From the NCBI GenBank assembly GCA_021734065.1, contig JAIPJQ010000002.1, positions 2,136 to 66,135 on the forward strand: DNA of 64,000 nt, given 5' to 3'. The stretch is from Fidelibacterota bacterium (lineage in GTDB: Bacteria > Fidelibacterota > UBA8477). Numbering within the stretch: the stretch's first letter is position 1; every line of letters starts with the position of its first letter. A program made the position numbers and the translations under genes. The notes beneath the pieces were generated by a model that saw only the letters and a program-made list of their open reading frames with translations, made no database searches and was not told where the DNA came from. Shown here in pieces: positions 16,613 through 26,876 of the stretch.

Positions 16613-18466
16613 TCATGGCGCCATCCCCACTTGTGCTTCATTCGAACTCCGCCACCAGCTCACATTATTATACCCGGGACGTATGGGAATCCATTTTACA
16701 TCCTTAAATGCCCTATCATAAGCTCCGGGATCCCGCTGGTAGAACATGAAGGTGTAAGGCTGTTCCTCGTGGAGAATTTCCTGAAAGCGCCGATACATGC
16801 TGTCCCGCTTTGCTGCATTCATCTCATACCGGGCCGCCATGATCAACGAATCGGCTTCCGCATCCCTGAAGCCGATATAATTTGAACCCCGGTTCCCAAT
16901 GTTTTCCGAATGCCAGATCTGATAAGGATCAGACTGGAGCCCGCCAATCCAAAGCAGCATCACACAATCAAACTGCCGGTCACGGAGATTTTCAACATAA
17001 ACCGACCATTCCAACTGGCGGATTCCCACGACAATACCGATTTTCTGTAAATCTTCCTTCATCATGAGCGCCAGTAGCTTGGAGCCGCGGGAGCCGGCTG
17101 ATACGGAAAATATGAATTTGAAGGGAACACCGTCCTTATCACGAATACCGTCTCCGTCATGGTCAGTCCAACCGGCTTCGTCCAGTAATTCAACTGCCCG
17201 CTCAGGATCATAGGGCCAACGGGGAATTGTATCATTGTACTGCGGACTGAAGGGATAGAAGGGACCGATGGTGGGAATACCCAGATCATAGCCGATGTAC
17301 TTGTTGTAGGCATCCCGGTCGATGAGCATGGTCATGGCCTGTCGTACCCGCTTATCCCGGAAATAGGGCCGGTCATTATTCCACCCCACGTAACTGTAGG
17401 CCGGCACCACAAAGGTGACCTTCTGGAATTTCTGTAGAAAATCGGGTGTATTCGTCTGCTCGAAATACTGGATCGCCCGCATCCGTGGCAGAAAATCCAC
17501 ATCTCCTGCTTTCAATGCCGTGAGCATGGCAGTTGCATCACTGATGGACTTCACGATAATGGTATCCAGATATCCTGCTGCTTCGGCAAATCCGGGAATA
17601 TGGGGTTTCTCCGTGTTCCAGTAGTTTTTATTGCGGACCATCATCATGTACTCACCGGTAATCCAACGGTGAAATTTGTAGGCACCGCTTCCGATCAACT
17701 TCTCCGCATCCATTCCCGCCGGCCGATTCAACGGATTGGTATTGAAGGTGTCTGCCCACTCTTTGATGTCTGATTCATTGGTAAATACTTGCGGGTTTTT
17801 CAGGTCTTCGATACCGAACCGGTCCAGCATCCCGTCAGGGTCCCACTGGTGCTTGGGTAGTATCGCAAATCCGCCCATAAACTCAAGGTTCAGGAAGTAG
17901 GTGTCAGATGTGCGGATGATGAAGGTGTACTTATCCGGGGTTCTGGCTTCCACCACATTTCTGTAGTAGGCACGTAACGGCGCGTCATCAACATAAGGAT
18001 TCATAATCGCCTTCAGGGAAAAAAGAACATCTTCAGACGTAAGCGGTTTCCCATCATGCCAGGTGATATTCTCGTGGAGATGGAAGGTGTATGTTTTTTG
18101 GTCTTCGGAAATCTCGAAACTTTTTGCCAAAATGGGCCGATCATATTCCCAGGTGGTGTAATCGTAATTTACCAGCGGTTCATAGATATAATCTAAAAAT
18201 CGCTTGGCTGCTGCTGAAGTGGATGTGTAATAATTCAAATTTTCCGGTTCAGCAGACTCCGCCTTGATCAACGTCCCTCCCCGGCGTGGCGTTTCATCCG
18301 TTGGTGAGGAATTGAAGATTTTCACATCACCGGTGAGATCGACCTTCAAACCACCAGCTTGCCCTAAGATTTCATCATAATTACCGGGAGATTCCGTATG
18401 GATGAGATTGGTGAATAAAATCAGCAGTAACAGAACAGCGAGTTGTATCAGGATTGAGCGCTTCAT
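16613..18466 (-). CDS. oppA: Peptide ABC transporter substrate-binding protein (SBP family 5)
   Basis: GGTL, YEPLV, WHDGKPLTSEDVLFS, GSGAYKF, KRVRQAM and LDEAGW.D.DGDG. N-terminal hydrophobic anchor without a lipobox Cys. Confidence 0.93.
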   Translation of the reverse strand: MKRSILIQLAVLLLLILFTNLIHTESPGNYDEILGQAGGLKVDLTGDVKIFNSSPTDETPRRGGTLIKAESAEPENLNYYTSTSAAAKRFLDYIYEPLVNYDYTTWEYDRPILAKSFEISEDQKTYTFHLHENITWHDGKPLTSEDVLFSLKAIMNPYVDDAPLRAYYRNVVEARTPDKYTFIIRTSDTYFLNLEFMGGFAILPKHQWDPDGMLDRFGIEDLKNPQVFTNESDIKEWADTFNTNPLNRPAGMDAEKLIGSGAYKFHRWITGEYMMMVRNKNYWNTEKPHIPGFAEAAGYLDTIIVKSISDATAMLTALKAGDVDFLPRMRAIQYFEQTNTPDFLQKFQKVTFVVPAYSYVGWNNDRPYFRDKRVRQAMTMLIDRDAYNKYIGYDLGIPTIGPFYPFSPQYNDTIPRWPYDPERAVELLDEAGWTDHDGDGIRDKDGVPFKFIFSVSAGSRGSKLLALMMKEDLQKIGIVVGIRQLEWSVYVENLRDRQFDCVMLLWIGGLQSDPYQIWHSENIGNRGSNYIGFRDAEADSLIMAARYEMNAAKRDSMYRRFQEILHEEQPYTFMFYQRDPGAYDRAFKDVKWIPIRPGYNNVSWWRSSNEAQVGMAP

Positions 18467-18477
18467 TATCCTTCAAT

Positions 18478-19314
18478 TCACGTGAGAAAGAAATATTTGA
18501 TATAAAAATAACTCAGAGGCACAGCGAAAAGCAGCGAATCCAGACGGTCCCAGGCACCCCCGTGCCCCGGAATCAGATTGGAGGAGTCTTTCACGCCCAC
18601 ATCCCGCTTCACCATGGATTCTGCGAAGTCCCCTACCTGCCCGAAAACACCGGCGATGATTCCCAGAATCAGAATGTCGGTGAAAGATAACTGCGGTATA
18701 AAACCCGAGATTACAAGTATGAACACCGTAAGAACCGCACCGACCAGGCCGGCCAGTGAACCTTCCCAGGATTTATTGGGGCTCACGCGGGAAAAAATCT
18801 TGTGCTTCCCGAATGCCGAACCAATGAGATAGGCAAGCATATCGCAAATCCAGACACTGAGAAACACCATCAGCACCAACCGTCCACCAAAACCACCCCA
18901 TTCCGTAAAATCGGGAGATTCCATGTTTCGCAGGAGGACGAATGTGGCCATCACCAGCCCCACAAAAACTGCACTCAAAAAGGTTACTGCCATATTTTCC
19001 AGAACGCGGTGAGCTTTGCGGAAAAGTTCTACAATAAACAGACCCACAACGGACAAATAGAGCAGCGCCGAAAAATCGGCATGGCCACCTCCCAACACGA
19101 CCACAAGCAGTGCCAGGTAAATGGCAAATCCCAAAATGACATTGGGACTTAAATCTTGCTTCTTCATGAGAGCGAAGATTTCATTCAGAACCAGTCCCCC
19201 GGCAATTATAAAGAAGATAGCGAAAGGCCATATGGTGAATAATGTGAGCGCTGCCAGCGCGGGAATGCCTAAAACAGTAACAATGGTGCGTATTTTAAAG
19301 TTCTGGAGCGTCAT
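18478..19314 (-). CDS. cdsA: Phosphatidate cytidylyltransferase
   Basis: SPNKSWEG, GDFAESMVKRDVGVKDS and IPGHGG.WDRLDS. Confidence 0.95.
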   Translation of the reverse strand: MTLQNFKIRTIVTVLGIPALAALTLFTIWPFAIFFIIAGGLVLNEIFALMKKQDLSPNVILGFAIYLALLVVVLGGGHADFSALLYLSVVGLFIVELFRKAHRVLENMAVTFLSAVFVGLVMATFVLLRNMESPDFTEWGGFGGRLVLMVFLSVWICDMLAYLIGSAFGKHKIFSRVSPNKSWEGSLAGLVGAVLTVFILVISGFIPQLSFTDILILGIIAGVFGQVGDFAESMVKRDVGVKDSSNLIPGHGGAWDRLDSLLFAVPLSYFYIKYFFLT

Positions 19315-19449
19315 GGGTACGGCGGCAAACTTATCCTATCCCCCTCCTTGTTACAACAGCTTTTGATGAGCCTAACCCGCTACCAGGCTTGATTTTGGGG
19401 AAAAATTCGCCACTGGTATTTGATCCTAAAGGGCAAGCTAAAAATCACA

Positions 19450-21429
19450 CTATTTTTCTTCTGGTTTATCCGGGTCCCGGTCACGCCTGCCGTCTTGAAC
19501 CTCATCCCTCCCCGTGGGTAATTCTTCCGTTTGCGCATCGGTCTCGGCTTCCACTGCCGTTTCCTGGTCCGTAAGGATATCCAGCCGATCCCGGGCAATG
19601 TCCGCCCACTCTGATTGGGGATATTCCTTGCTGAAAGTCTGGTAATAGGAAACGGCCTGCTCCTGATCCAACAGATAGTGGTCATAAACCCAACCCAGAT
19701 TAAAGAGCGATCGTTCCCGCAAGGGGGAATCTTTGGTTTGAGTGGAATCTGCCACAATTTGTTCGTACAACTGAACGGCAGTTGTTCGATCGTTGTTTAG
19801 AAAGGCTTGTTCAGCTTCCTGAAATCGAGCCTCACTGATCAAATTCTGCCGGGGTTGCTGGTTCATCTCGAAAAATCTTTCGTAGGCAGCAGGGTATTCT
19901 GACTTGATATGGTCTCTCACAGCCGCAGCCCGGTCAGAATCCCCCTGAATCTCCGCAGCCAGATAATACTGCATGTATGCCGCCTGGGCTTTTAATGCCG
20001 TATCAGGCGACGATTCCTCAATGGCGGTGAGGAGCGTACGCGTTGAGTCATAGAACTGAAATCCAAACACAAAGTGTTCCGCCAGTTCGTACCGGTTTTG
20101 CATCATCCGTTCCACGATCTGCAACGAATCTTCCCGGGTGATTGTGGATGAACCGGTGGAATCCGTGCCAGCAATGTCTAGTGTGTCCGGATCGGATTCA
20201 GCGGGTTGGTCCGCATTGTCCGGCTCACCGCGATCGGCATCTGGGCGTCCGTGTGGCCGGCGTTGGGGTGTGGATCGTCCCGGGCTCTTAGGCGTATTAC
20301 GATTGGGTTGGGGTTTTGCCTCCGGCGGTAACCCCGCCAGCTCCCGCTCCAGATTATGATAGGCGAACTGCAAATCCTGATAGCGTTGAATCTGCTGCTT
20401 CCGTTGATCCGATAGAGCCATGTACGCTGATTTGCGGTCATGATAGGAGACGTTCCCAAATGCTTCCACTGCTTCATTGTACTGGTGAAATTGATTCAGG
20501 TAGAGTTCACCCAGCCAGTACGCGGCTTCGGCAGCGTAAGGTTTCAACCGGTAATCCTCCATTACCTGCTCAAAGGTAGCAATGGCGTCATTGCTCCAAC
20601 CTTCCTCATAATAAGCCTTGCCAAGCTCCACCTGTAATTGTCCCTGGATGTCATCAAATTTCTCATCCTCCAACATCTGCTGGATCATCTCAATTGCCAC
20701 ACTGCCCCGCCCCAATTTCTGGAGCATACGGTTCTGATTGATGATTGCTTGGATCTTCAGGCTTTCGTTGGGATTGTAGCGATTCACACGCTGGAATGCC
20801 TGCAACGCCTCTTCATGCTCACCGGACGCCGCCAACAGATTCCCGATCTGAAACTGTGCCCGGGCACGAATTTCCCCGTCGCGTGATTCAGAGATGACCC
20901 GTTCCAGATAATTTTTGGCTACCGTCAGACTGTCTTCAGAAAGAGCGATTTGCCCCAGCAGGAGATAGCTCTCCACCTGTAATCGTGAAGCGGTGGATTT
21001 CTCCATAGTGCGTCGCGCTTCATGCTTGGCCATGGCCAGATCACCCTGCTTCATGAGACACCGGCCAAGCCAGAGGGGTACTTCAGCAGCAAAGGGTGAG
21101 TCGGGAAACTGCTTGGGTAATTCCTCCAAATAGCGCCGCGCCAGACGATAATCCTGCCGGTAATAATACGACTTGGCGATGATAAACTGGGCATCATCCC
21201 GATATTTGCTGTCAGGGAACTTGGTGAGCAATCGTTTGGATTTGTCGATGGCTTTGGCGTAAAGTTGAATTTCCTCCCGGCTGATCTGGTCCGTTTGATT
21301 CATCTCCGTAGATTTCTGTGCCTCGGCATAATAGGATTTGGCGTTGTAAAATGTGTTGTAATAGGCACAACCGTTGAAGAAAACGGCCATGAGCAATGTG
21401 AGTTCACTGAATTTAAGCCAGCGCTGCAT
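19450..21429 (-). CDS. TPR-repeat lipoprotein (BamD/PorW-SprE-like)
   Basis: Start reassigned to ATG 21429 (GAGGAG RBS). Lipobox FFNG-C followed by AYYNTFYNA, many TPR repeats (FPDSKY, FPDSPF, YPQSEW) and a low-complexity linker. Confidence 0.8.
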   Translation of the reverse strand: MQRWLKFSELTLLMAVFFNGCAYYNTFYNAKSYYAEAQKSTEMNQTDQISREEIQLYAKAIDKSKRLLTKFPDSKYRDDAQFIIAKSYYYRQDYRLARRYLEELPKQFPDSPFAAEVPLWLGRCLMKQGDLAMAKHEARRTMEKSTASRLQVESYLLLGQIALSEDSLTVAKNYLERVISESRDGEIRARAQFQIGNLLAASGEHEEALQAFQRVNRYNPNESLKIQAIINQNRMLQKLGRGSVAIEMIQQMLEDEKFDDIQGQLQVELGKAYYEEGWSNDAIATFEQVMEDYRLKPYAAEAAYWLGELYLNQFHQYNEAVEAFGNVSYHDRKSAYMALSDQRKQQIQRYQDLQFAYHNLERELAGLPPEAKPQPNRNTPKSPGRSTPQRRPHGRPDADRGEPDNADQPAESDPDTLDIAGTDSTGSSTITREDSLQIVERMMQNRYELAEHFVFGFQFYDSTRTLLTAIEESSPDTALKAQAAYMQYYLAAEIQGDSDRAAAVRDHIKSEYPAAYERFFEMNQQPRQNLISEARFQEAEQAFLNNDRTTAVQLYEQIVADSTQTKDSPLRERSLFNLGWVYDHYLLDQEQAVSYYQTFSKEYPQSEWADIARDRLDILTDQETAVEAETDAQTEELPTGRDEVQDGRRDRDPDKPEEK

Positions 21430-22162
21430 AAAGCTCCTCAAATAGTTGGGGCAACACCACACCGGAGGGTGCATGCATAGCCAGATCCGCGTGGGAGGTA
21501 AAAGGGGTTTGATCAGGATTAATTTCAATCACCACAGCACCGTTATTCCTGGCATCGAATGGAATTTGAGCGGCGGGATAAACCGCTGTAGACGAACCAA
21601 TCGTAAACAATACATCAACCTGCTGGACCTGCGTCATTGCGTCACTTAATGTCTGCACGGGGAGCGATTCACCAAACCACACCACGCCCGGACGCGCCAG
21701 GCCACCACAATCACACCGGGGAATTCCTTCCTTCGCGGGATCAAAAATCATCGGCACGTCCATTTCCTGCCTGCATTCCAGACAGCGGGTGATGAAAATA
21801 TTTCCGTGCAGTTCATAAATGTTCTGATTTCCGGCCTGTTTATGGAGCCCATCCACATTCTGCGTTATTACACAGGAATCGGGAAAAAGTTTCTGGAATT
21901 TGGTAATGGATGCATGACCCGGATTGGGTTTCACCGACATAATTTTTTCGCGACGGTAGAGGTACCAGTTCCACACCAATTCCGGATCAGCCTCAAATCC
22001 CTGCACACTGGCCAGCCGCATGGGGTCATACTTTGACCAGTAGCCGTCCTTGTCCCGAAATGTGGGGATCCCGCTCTCGGCAGAAATACCCGCACCGGTA
22101 AAAAACGCTATTCGGGTTTCAGGGGTGAATCGGCGGAGCAAATGGTCGGGTAGATTGGGCAT
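21413..22162 (-). CDS. cobB: NAD-dependent protein deacylase (class III sirtuin)
   Basis: GAGISAESGIPTFR, TQNVDGLH, HG, Zn-binding Cys pairs and RPGVVWFGE. A YxxR motif (WYLYRR) suggests desuccinylase activity. Confidence 0.95.
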   Translation of the reverse strand: MPNLPDHLLRRFTPETRIAFFTGAGISAESGIPTFRDKDGYWSKYDPMRLASVQGFEADPELVWNWYLYRREKIMSVKPNPGHASITKFQKLFPDSCVITQNVDGLHKQAGNQNIYELHGNIFITRCLECRQEMDVPMIFDPAKEGIPRCDCGGLARPGVVWFGESLPVQTLSDAMTQVQQVDVLFTIGSSTAVYPAAQIPFDARNNGAVVIEINPDQTPFTSHADLAMHAPSGVVLPQLFEELYAALA

Positions 22163-22215
22163 GGTGAATTAATATAGGCGGTTGCGGCCGCTTCCCAAAG
22201 ATTGGTATCTGTTCA

Positions 22216-22845
22216 TCACTCCTCCGCACGACCGATTTTTCCAAGTACCGGAACGATCTGGGAGGAAGCGTACCCCTGTCGCAGCAGATAATTCCAAATA
22301 CGCTGGCGCTCCTTGTCTGTGATGGTTGATTTGCCTCTCAGCTTCTTTTCCACCAGTGCAGTGATGGTTTCTTGAATCTGCGTCTGATCAAAGGCTGTCT
22401 CCAGCACGCGCTCAATAATCGCCTTTTCCACACCCTTCAAATACAATTCTTTGCGGATACGCTGCGGCCCCCATCGCTTCAGATTGATCTTGTCCCGGGT
22501 GAAGAGTCGGGCGAACCGCTCATCATTCAGGTAATCTTTAGCCTGCAGGTTTTGAATAACCGCATCGGCAAACTCGCCCAATTGTCTGGCATGGAGCTTT
22601 TGTCGAATTTCACCCTCGCTACGTTCCCGCTGTGCCAGCATACGCATGGCAATTCCCCGGGCTTCGGTAAATCGCACCCGATATTTTATCTCGTTACGAA
22701 GCGCATCCGGGAGCGGCATATCCTGATGGAGTTTTAATTCGGTAACAATCTCAATCGGCACGGTCTCCCACAGCATCCCATCGACGAACAATTCCACGTT
22801 ATAGGGCGGTTTGGGGAGTGTATGGAGTTTGGTAATGACAGACAT
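22216..22845 (-). CDS. recX: RecA regulator RecX
   Basis: RERSEGEIRQKL, YLNDERFA, GPQRIRKEL..KGV and YLLRQGY. Directly downstream of recA. Confidence 0.92.
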   Translation of the reverse strand: MSVITKLHTLPKPPYNVELFVDGMLWETVPIEIVTELKLHQDMPLPDALRNEIKYRVRFTEARGIAMRMLAQRERSEGEIRQKLHARQLGEFADAVIQNLQAKDYLNDERFARLFTRDKINLKRWGPQRIRKELYLKGVEKAIIERVLETAFDQTQIQETITALVEKKLRGKSTITDKERQRIWNYLLRQGYASSQIVPVLGKIGRAEE

Positions 22846-22935
22846 GCGATTCTAAATGACAAACACGGCCAAAAAGCAGTCAACTCCTTCCTGACCGTGT
22901 TCCACATGGTTTACCTCCAGGGGCATGACGAGGGC

Positions 22936-24009
22936 TTATTTTTTTCCGGCAGCACTCTCCGGTGCTTTCTCGTCTTCTTCAGCAGCCTCCGGTGCTTCAT
23001 CCAGCATTCCCAGAAAACCCTTCACTTCATGTTCCAGTTTTTCCAGAATTTCCGGATTATCCTTTAAAAACGCCTTCACATTCTCGCGGCCCTGTCCCAG
23101 GCGCTCTTCACCGTAGCTGAACCAGGATCCGCTTTTCTGAACGATATTGGCATTCAAAGCCACATCCAGCAGGTCACCTTCGTAGGAGATGCCCACGCCA
23201 AACATAATGTCAAATTCGGTTTCCCGGAACGGCGGCGCCAGTTTGTTCTTCACCACTTTTACACGCACGCGATTGCCCACATTATCGGTGCCCTCTTTCA
23301 CCTGACCAATGCGGCGAATATCGAGACGGACAGAGGTGTAGAATTTGAGTGCGCGACCACCGGATGTTGTTTCCGGACTGCCAAACATGACGCCCACCTT
23401 CTCCCGCAGCTGGTTGATAAAAATAACGCTGGTATGGGAGCGACTCACCGAACCGGTGAGCTTCCGCAGCGCCTGAGACATTAAGCGCGCCTGCAGTCCC
23501 ACATGGGAATCGCCCATCTCCCCTTCCAATTCAGCCCGGGGTACCAATGCCGCCACCGAGTCGATGATGATAATGTCCAGTGCATTACTGCGCACCAAAG
23601 TGTCGGTTATTTCCAGTGCCTGCTCCCCGGAATCGGGCTGAGATATGAGCAGATTTTTAATGTCCACACCCAAATTGCGGGCGTAGTTGGGATCCAATGC
23701 ATGTTCGGCATCAATGAAGGCTGCGTAACCGCCATTTTTTTGAGCATTGGCGATCAGGTGGAGCGTGAGGGTGGTTTTACCGGACGCTTCAGGGCCGTAA
23801 ATTTCACAAACTCGTCCACGGGGAATGCCACCGATCCCTAAAGCGGCATCCAGCGACAAAGCGCCGGTGGAAATCGTACCGATTTTTACCCGGGAGTCCT
23901 TGTCCCCCATACGCATGATGGCGCCTTTTCCATATTGCCGCTCAATCTGAGAGGTGGCCAGATCCAGGGCTTTCGTTTTTTCATTATTTTGGTTATTCGC
24001 AGCGCTCAT
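22936..24009 (-). CDS. recA: Recombinase RecA
   Basis: [27 protein letters not shown] and GGRALKFY. Confidence 0.99.
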   Translation of the reverse strand: MSAANNQNNEKTKALDLATSQIERQYGKGAIMRMGDKDSRVKIGTISTGALSLDAALGIGGIPRGRVCEIYGPEASGKTTLTLHLIANAQKNGGYAAFIDAEHALDPNYARNLGVDIKNLLISQPDSGEQALEITDTLVRSNALDIIIIDSVAALVPRAELEGEMGDSHVGLQARLMSQALRKLTGSVSRSHTSVIFINQLREKVGVMFGSPETTSGGRALKFYTSVRLDIRRIGQVKEGTDNVGNRVRVKVVKNKLAPPFRETEFDIMFGVGISYEGDLLDVALNANIVQKSGSWFSYGEERLGQGRENVKAFLKDNPEILEKLEHEVKGFLGMLDEAPEAAEEDEKAPESAAGKK

Positions 24010-24590
24010 GCCGAACCTCCCTTATTCAGGTTATATACTTTCAATGTTGAATACTCCGCACCAGATGGCTGCAATATACTGCGGTACCAGTTCACCGAAT
24101 GAACCTGCCATTCCAATGGCGGTAACACCGTGGATAACAGGCTGTGCAATAGCTCTGATGCTGGTTTAAGAAACTTGACCCGACCCAGAGTAATGTGCGG
24201 AACAAAGTGGCGACGGTCAACATCAAATCCTGCGGTCATCACGATCTCATCAATCTGCTTTTTCAATGCCGTCAGACTCAGACTTTCATCTGCTACGCCC
24301 GCCCACAGCACACGGGGATGATTGGCGTGGGGAAACACGCCGGTTTCATTGAGGGCTAACTGAAAAGGAATGAAATCCTCGCAGATGCGCTGGATTTTCG
24401 GACTTAACGCTTCAAGCACGTCCTGCCGGGTACCACCTAAAAATGTGAGGGTGAGATGGGAAGCTTTCAAATCCGTCCATTTAATGCGTCCGGGCAGGGA
24501 TTTAAGCCGCTCCTGAAGCTCCGTCAGATACGCACTCGCTGCCGCCCCGATCTCCACACCGATAAAGGTTCGCATGAGGTCGTCGTTCAT
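24006..24590 (-). CDS. thpR: RNA 2',3'-cyclic phosphodiesterase (2H family)
   Basis: MRTFIG, two HxT motifs (HLTL, HITL) and PRVLWAG. Sits between cinA and recA. Confidence 0.92.
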   Translation of the reverse strand: MNDDLMRTFIGVEIGAAASAYLTELQERLKSLPGRIKWTDLKASHLTLTFLGGTRQDVLEALSPKIQRICEDFIPFQLALNETGVFPHANHPRVLWAGVADESLSLTALKKQIDEIVMTAGFDVDRRHFVPHITLGRVKFLKPASELLHSLLSTVLPPLEWQVHSVNWYRSILQPSGAEYSTLKVYNLNKGGSA

Positions 24591-25834
24591 CGTTTCAAAT
24601 CCGCCAGAAGTTTAATGCGTAATAAATTCAACGCCGCCATGGCCGTCATCTCTTTGTTCAATATGCGGTCCCGGCCAAATTGGAACCGCTTTACAACCAA
24701 ATCATTTTTTCGCCCTGCCCCGATGTACACCAGACCAACCGGCTTTTCAGCCGTACCACCGGTGGGTCCGGCGATTCCCGACACAGCCACTGCGTATTCG
24801 GCTCCCGCTGCCTTGAGTGCGCCATTCAGCATAGCCTTTACCGTGGCTTCGCTCACCGCTCCTTCAGTCTCCAGAACCTCCAGCGGCACGCCAAGCACCG
24901 CATGCTTTACACGATTTGCATAGGTAACATAGCCTGCTTCAAAATAATCACTGCTACCACTCACATCCGTAAGCATGCTGGCAATCAAACCACCGGTACA
25001 GCTTTCGGCAGTAGCCACCCGGGACTCAAGTTCCCGTAATAAATCCCCAACTACTTTCGGAAGTGTATCATCATCAATACCATAAACAGCCTCGGGAAGC
25101 AATTGCCTCACATTGGATATAATCAAATCTAACTGCGACCGGGCTGTTGATACATCCTCCGAAACCAGTGACAGGCGAATGGTCACGCCGGTATGTTTTG
25201 GCAGATAGGCGACTTTCAGATTGGGATGATCCAGAAAAACAGAGTGGATGGATTCATAGAGTCTGGATTCCGGTACGCCGGTGGTGTGTAGGTTTATCCG
25301 TACCATGCGGGTGGAAGTGCGGTCTTTTAAGCGGGGTAGAATTTCTTCCCGCATGATCGCCTGCATTTCGCGGGGGACGCCCGGCATGGAATAAACCACC
25401 TTCTCTCCCACCTGAAATGCCATACCTTGAGCCGATCCGGCAGAATTATTCAGCAATTCTGCGTTTGCCGGATACTCTGCCTGATTCCTGTTGATTTTGG
25501 GGAGCTTATATCCGCGTCGTTCAAATCGTCGCTTGATTTTTTCCAGAATTTCCGGGTATAACTTCAGGTCAACCTGGAAGTAATTGCACAATGCCTTTTT
25601 GGTCATGTCGTCATGGGTGGGTCCCAAGCCGCCGGTGAGTGTGACCACATCGGCCCGGCTCAATGCCCGCTCCAACGCATCTTTAATGTCATCCAGATCG
25701 TCGCCCACAATTGTCTGCCAGCGGGTCACGATGCCCAGCGCTTCTAATTCCTGTGCAATGAATACGCTATTTGTGTTCAGCGTGAGACCTGAAAGCAGTT
25801 CGTCACCAATGCCGATCGTTTCCGCCAATATCAT
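24587..25834 (-). CDS. cinA: Competence/damage-inducible protein CinA (MocF-like domain plus NMN deamidase)
   Basis: GDELLSG, GGLGPTHDDMT, PGVPREM, AESCTGG, GAVSE and SGIAGPTGG. Confidence 0.96.
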   Translation of the reverse strand: MILAETIGIGDELLSGLTLNTNSVFIAQELEALGIVTRWQTIVGDDLDDIKDALERALSRADVVTLTGGLGPTHDDMTKKALCNYFQVDLKLYPEILEKIKRRFERRGYKLPKINRNQAEYPANAELLNNSAGSAQGMAFQVGEKVVYSMPGVPREMQAIMREEILPRLKDRTSTRMVRINLHTTGVPESRLYESIHSVFLDHPNLKVAYLPKHTGVTIRLSLVSEDVSTARSQLDLIISNVRQLLPEAVYGIDDDTLPKVVGDLLRELESRVATAESCTGGLIASMLTDVSGSSDYFEAGYVTYANRVKHAVLGVPLEVLETEGAVSEATVKAMLNGALKAAGAEYAVAVSGIAGPTGGTAEKPVGLVYIGAGRKNDLVVKRFQFGRDRILNKEMTAMAALNLLRIKLLADLKR

Positions 25835-26289
25835 AATATTACAGTGTAAAGTTGAATGAGAATAAATGTGGCAATACCAGCCAGAATATCATCCGCCATG
25901 ACGCCCCACCCGCCTGGCCACGCCTGGATGCTGTCAATCCACAATGGTTTCCAGATATCGAACATTCGAAACAACACAAAGGCCGCCAGCCAGAATCCCC
26001 AATGAGGCGGGACAAGTAACAGTGCAATCCACTGCCCCACAAATTCATCAATCACCACTTCAGAAGGGTCCTCCACACCGGTGGATTTGGCATACGCTTC
26101 AGACGAAAGGGTCCCCAGCCAGGTGAGTAGGAAAATGACCGCCAGTGTCCAGCCTAAAGAAATCTTCAAAATCACATGCCACAGCACCACAAACAGCAGT
26201 CCTACCAGACTGCCGGCCGTCCCCGGAGCGACAGGAAAGCGCCCCACATATCCAACCGTGCTGATGAATTCAGCCAGTGATTTGTTCAT
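25831..26289 (-). CDS. pgpA: Phosphatidylglycerophosphatase A
   Basis: APGTAGS, DPSEVVIDEFVG, FRMFDIWKP and GVMADDILAG. Confidence 0.95.
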   Translation of the reverse strand: MNKSLAEFISTVGYVGRFPVAPGTAGSLVGLLFVVLWHVILKISLGWTLAVIFLLTWLGTLSSEAYAKSTGVEDPSEVVIDEFVGQWIALLLVPPHWGFWLAAFVLFRMFDIWKPLWIDSIQAWPGGWGVMADDILAGIATFILIQLYTVIL

Positions 26290-26876
26290 TGACTGAGAAG
26301 CTCTTTTAATGGTTTACGATTCACCCAAAAATAATGGAACCCTGTATAGGCGGTGATTATGCCAGTGAGGGTAAATATACCAATAACCACTGACCATTCC
26401 TCCAGCCATTGAACCAGACTTTCAAGCTGTTGCCATTGGCCCATCAAAATGATGACCAGACCCACATACATGGAGATGTATTGAAAGGTGGTTTTCCATT
26501 TGGCCACACGACTGGTTTCCATCGAATGTCCCTGATTCAGCATTCCCCAGCGTAAAAGTGTCACCGCGGCATCCCGGAACACCACCACGCCGGTGATCCA
26601 GACCGGAACGATTTCCAGAATGTTCAGCGTGATGAATGTGCCATTCACCAAAATCTTATCCGCCAGCGGGTCCATGAACTGACCAAATTCACTTACCACC
26701 TCCAGACGCCGGGCGATGATGCCATCAAACAGATCAGAGAGGGAGGCCAGCAGGAAGAGGATAAACGCGGTGAGATGGATATAAAAATTCCCGAAACCCA
26801 ATAAAAACCAGATGATAATGGGCGTGGCCACGATTCGAAAAATGGTCAGCATGTTTGGTATAGCCCGGCGAATCAT
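26286..26876 (-). CDS. pgsA: CDP-diacylglycerol--glycerol-3-phosphate 3-phosphatidyltransferase
   Basis: PNMLTIFR, D..DGIIAR...G...DPLADK and KWKTTFQ. Confidence 0.95.
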   Translation of the reverse strand: MIRRAIPNMLTIFRIVATPIIIWFLLGFGNFYIHLTAFILFLLASLSDLFDGIIARRLEVVSEFGQFMDPLADKILVNGTFITLNILEIVPVWITGVVVFRDAAVTLLRWGMLNQGHSMETSRVAKWKTTFQYISMYVGLVIILMGQWQQLESLVQWLEEWSVVIGIFTLTGIITAYTGFHYFWVNRKPLKELLSQ

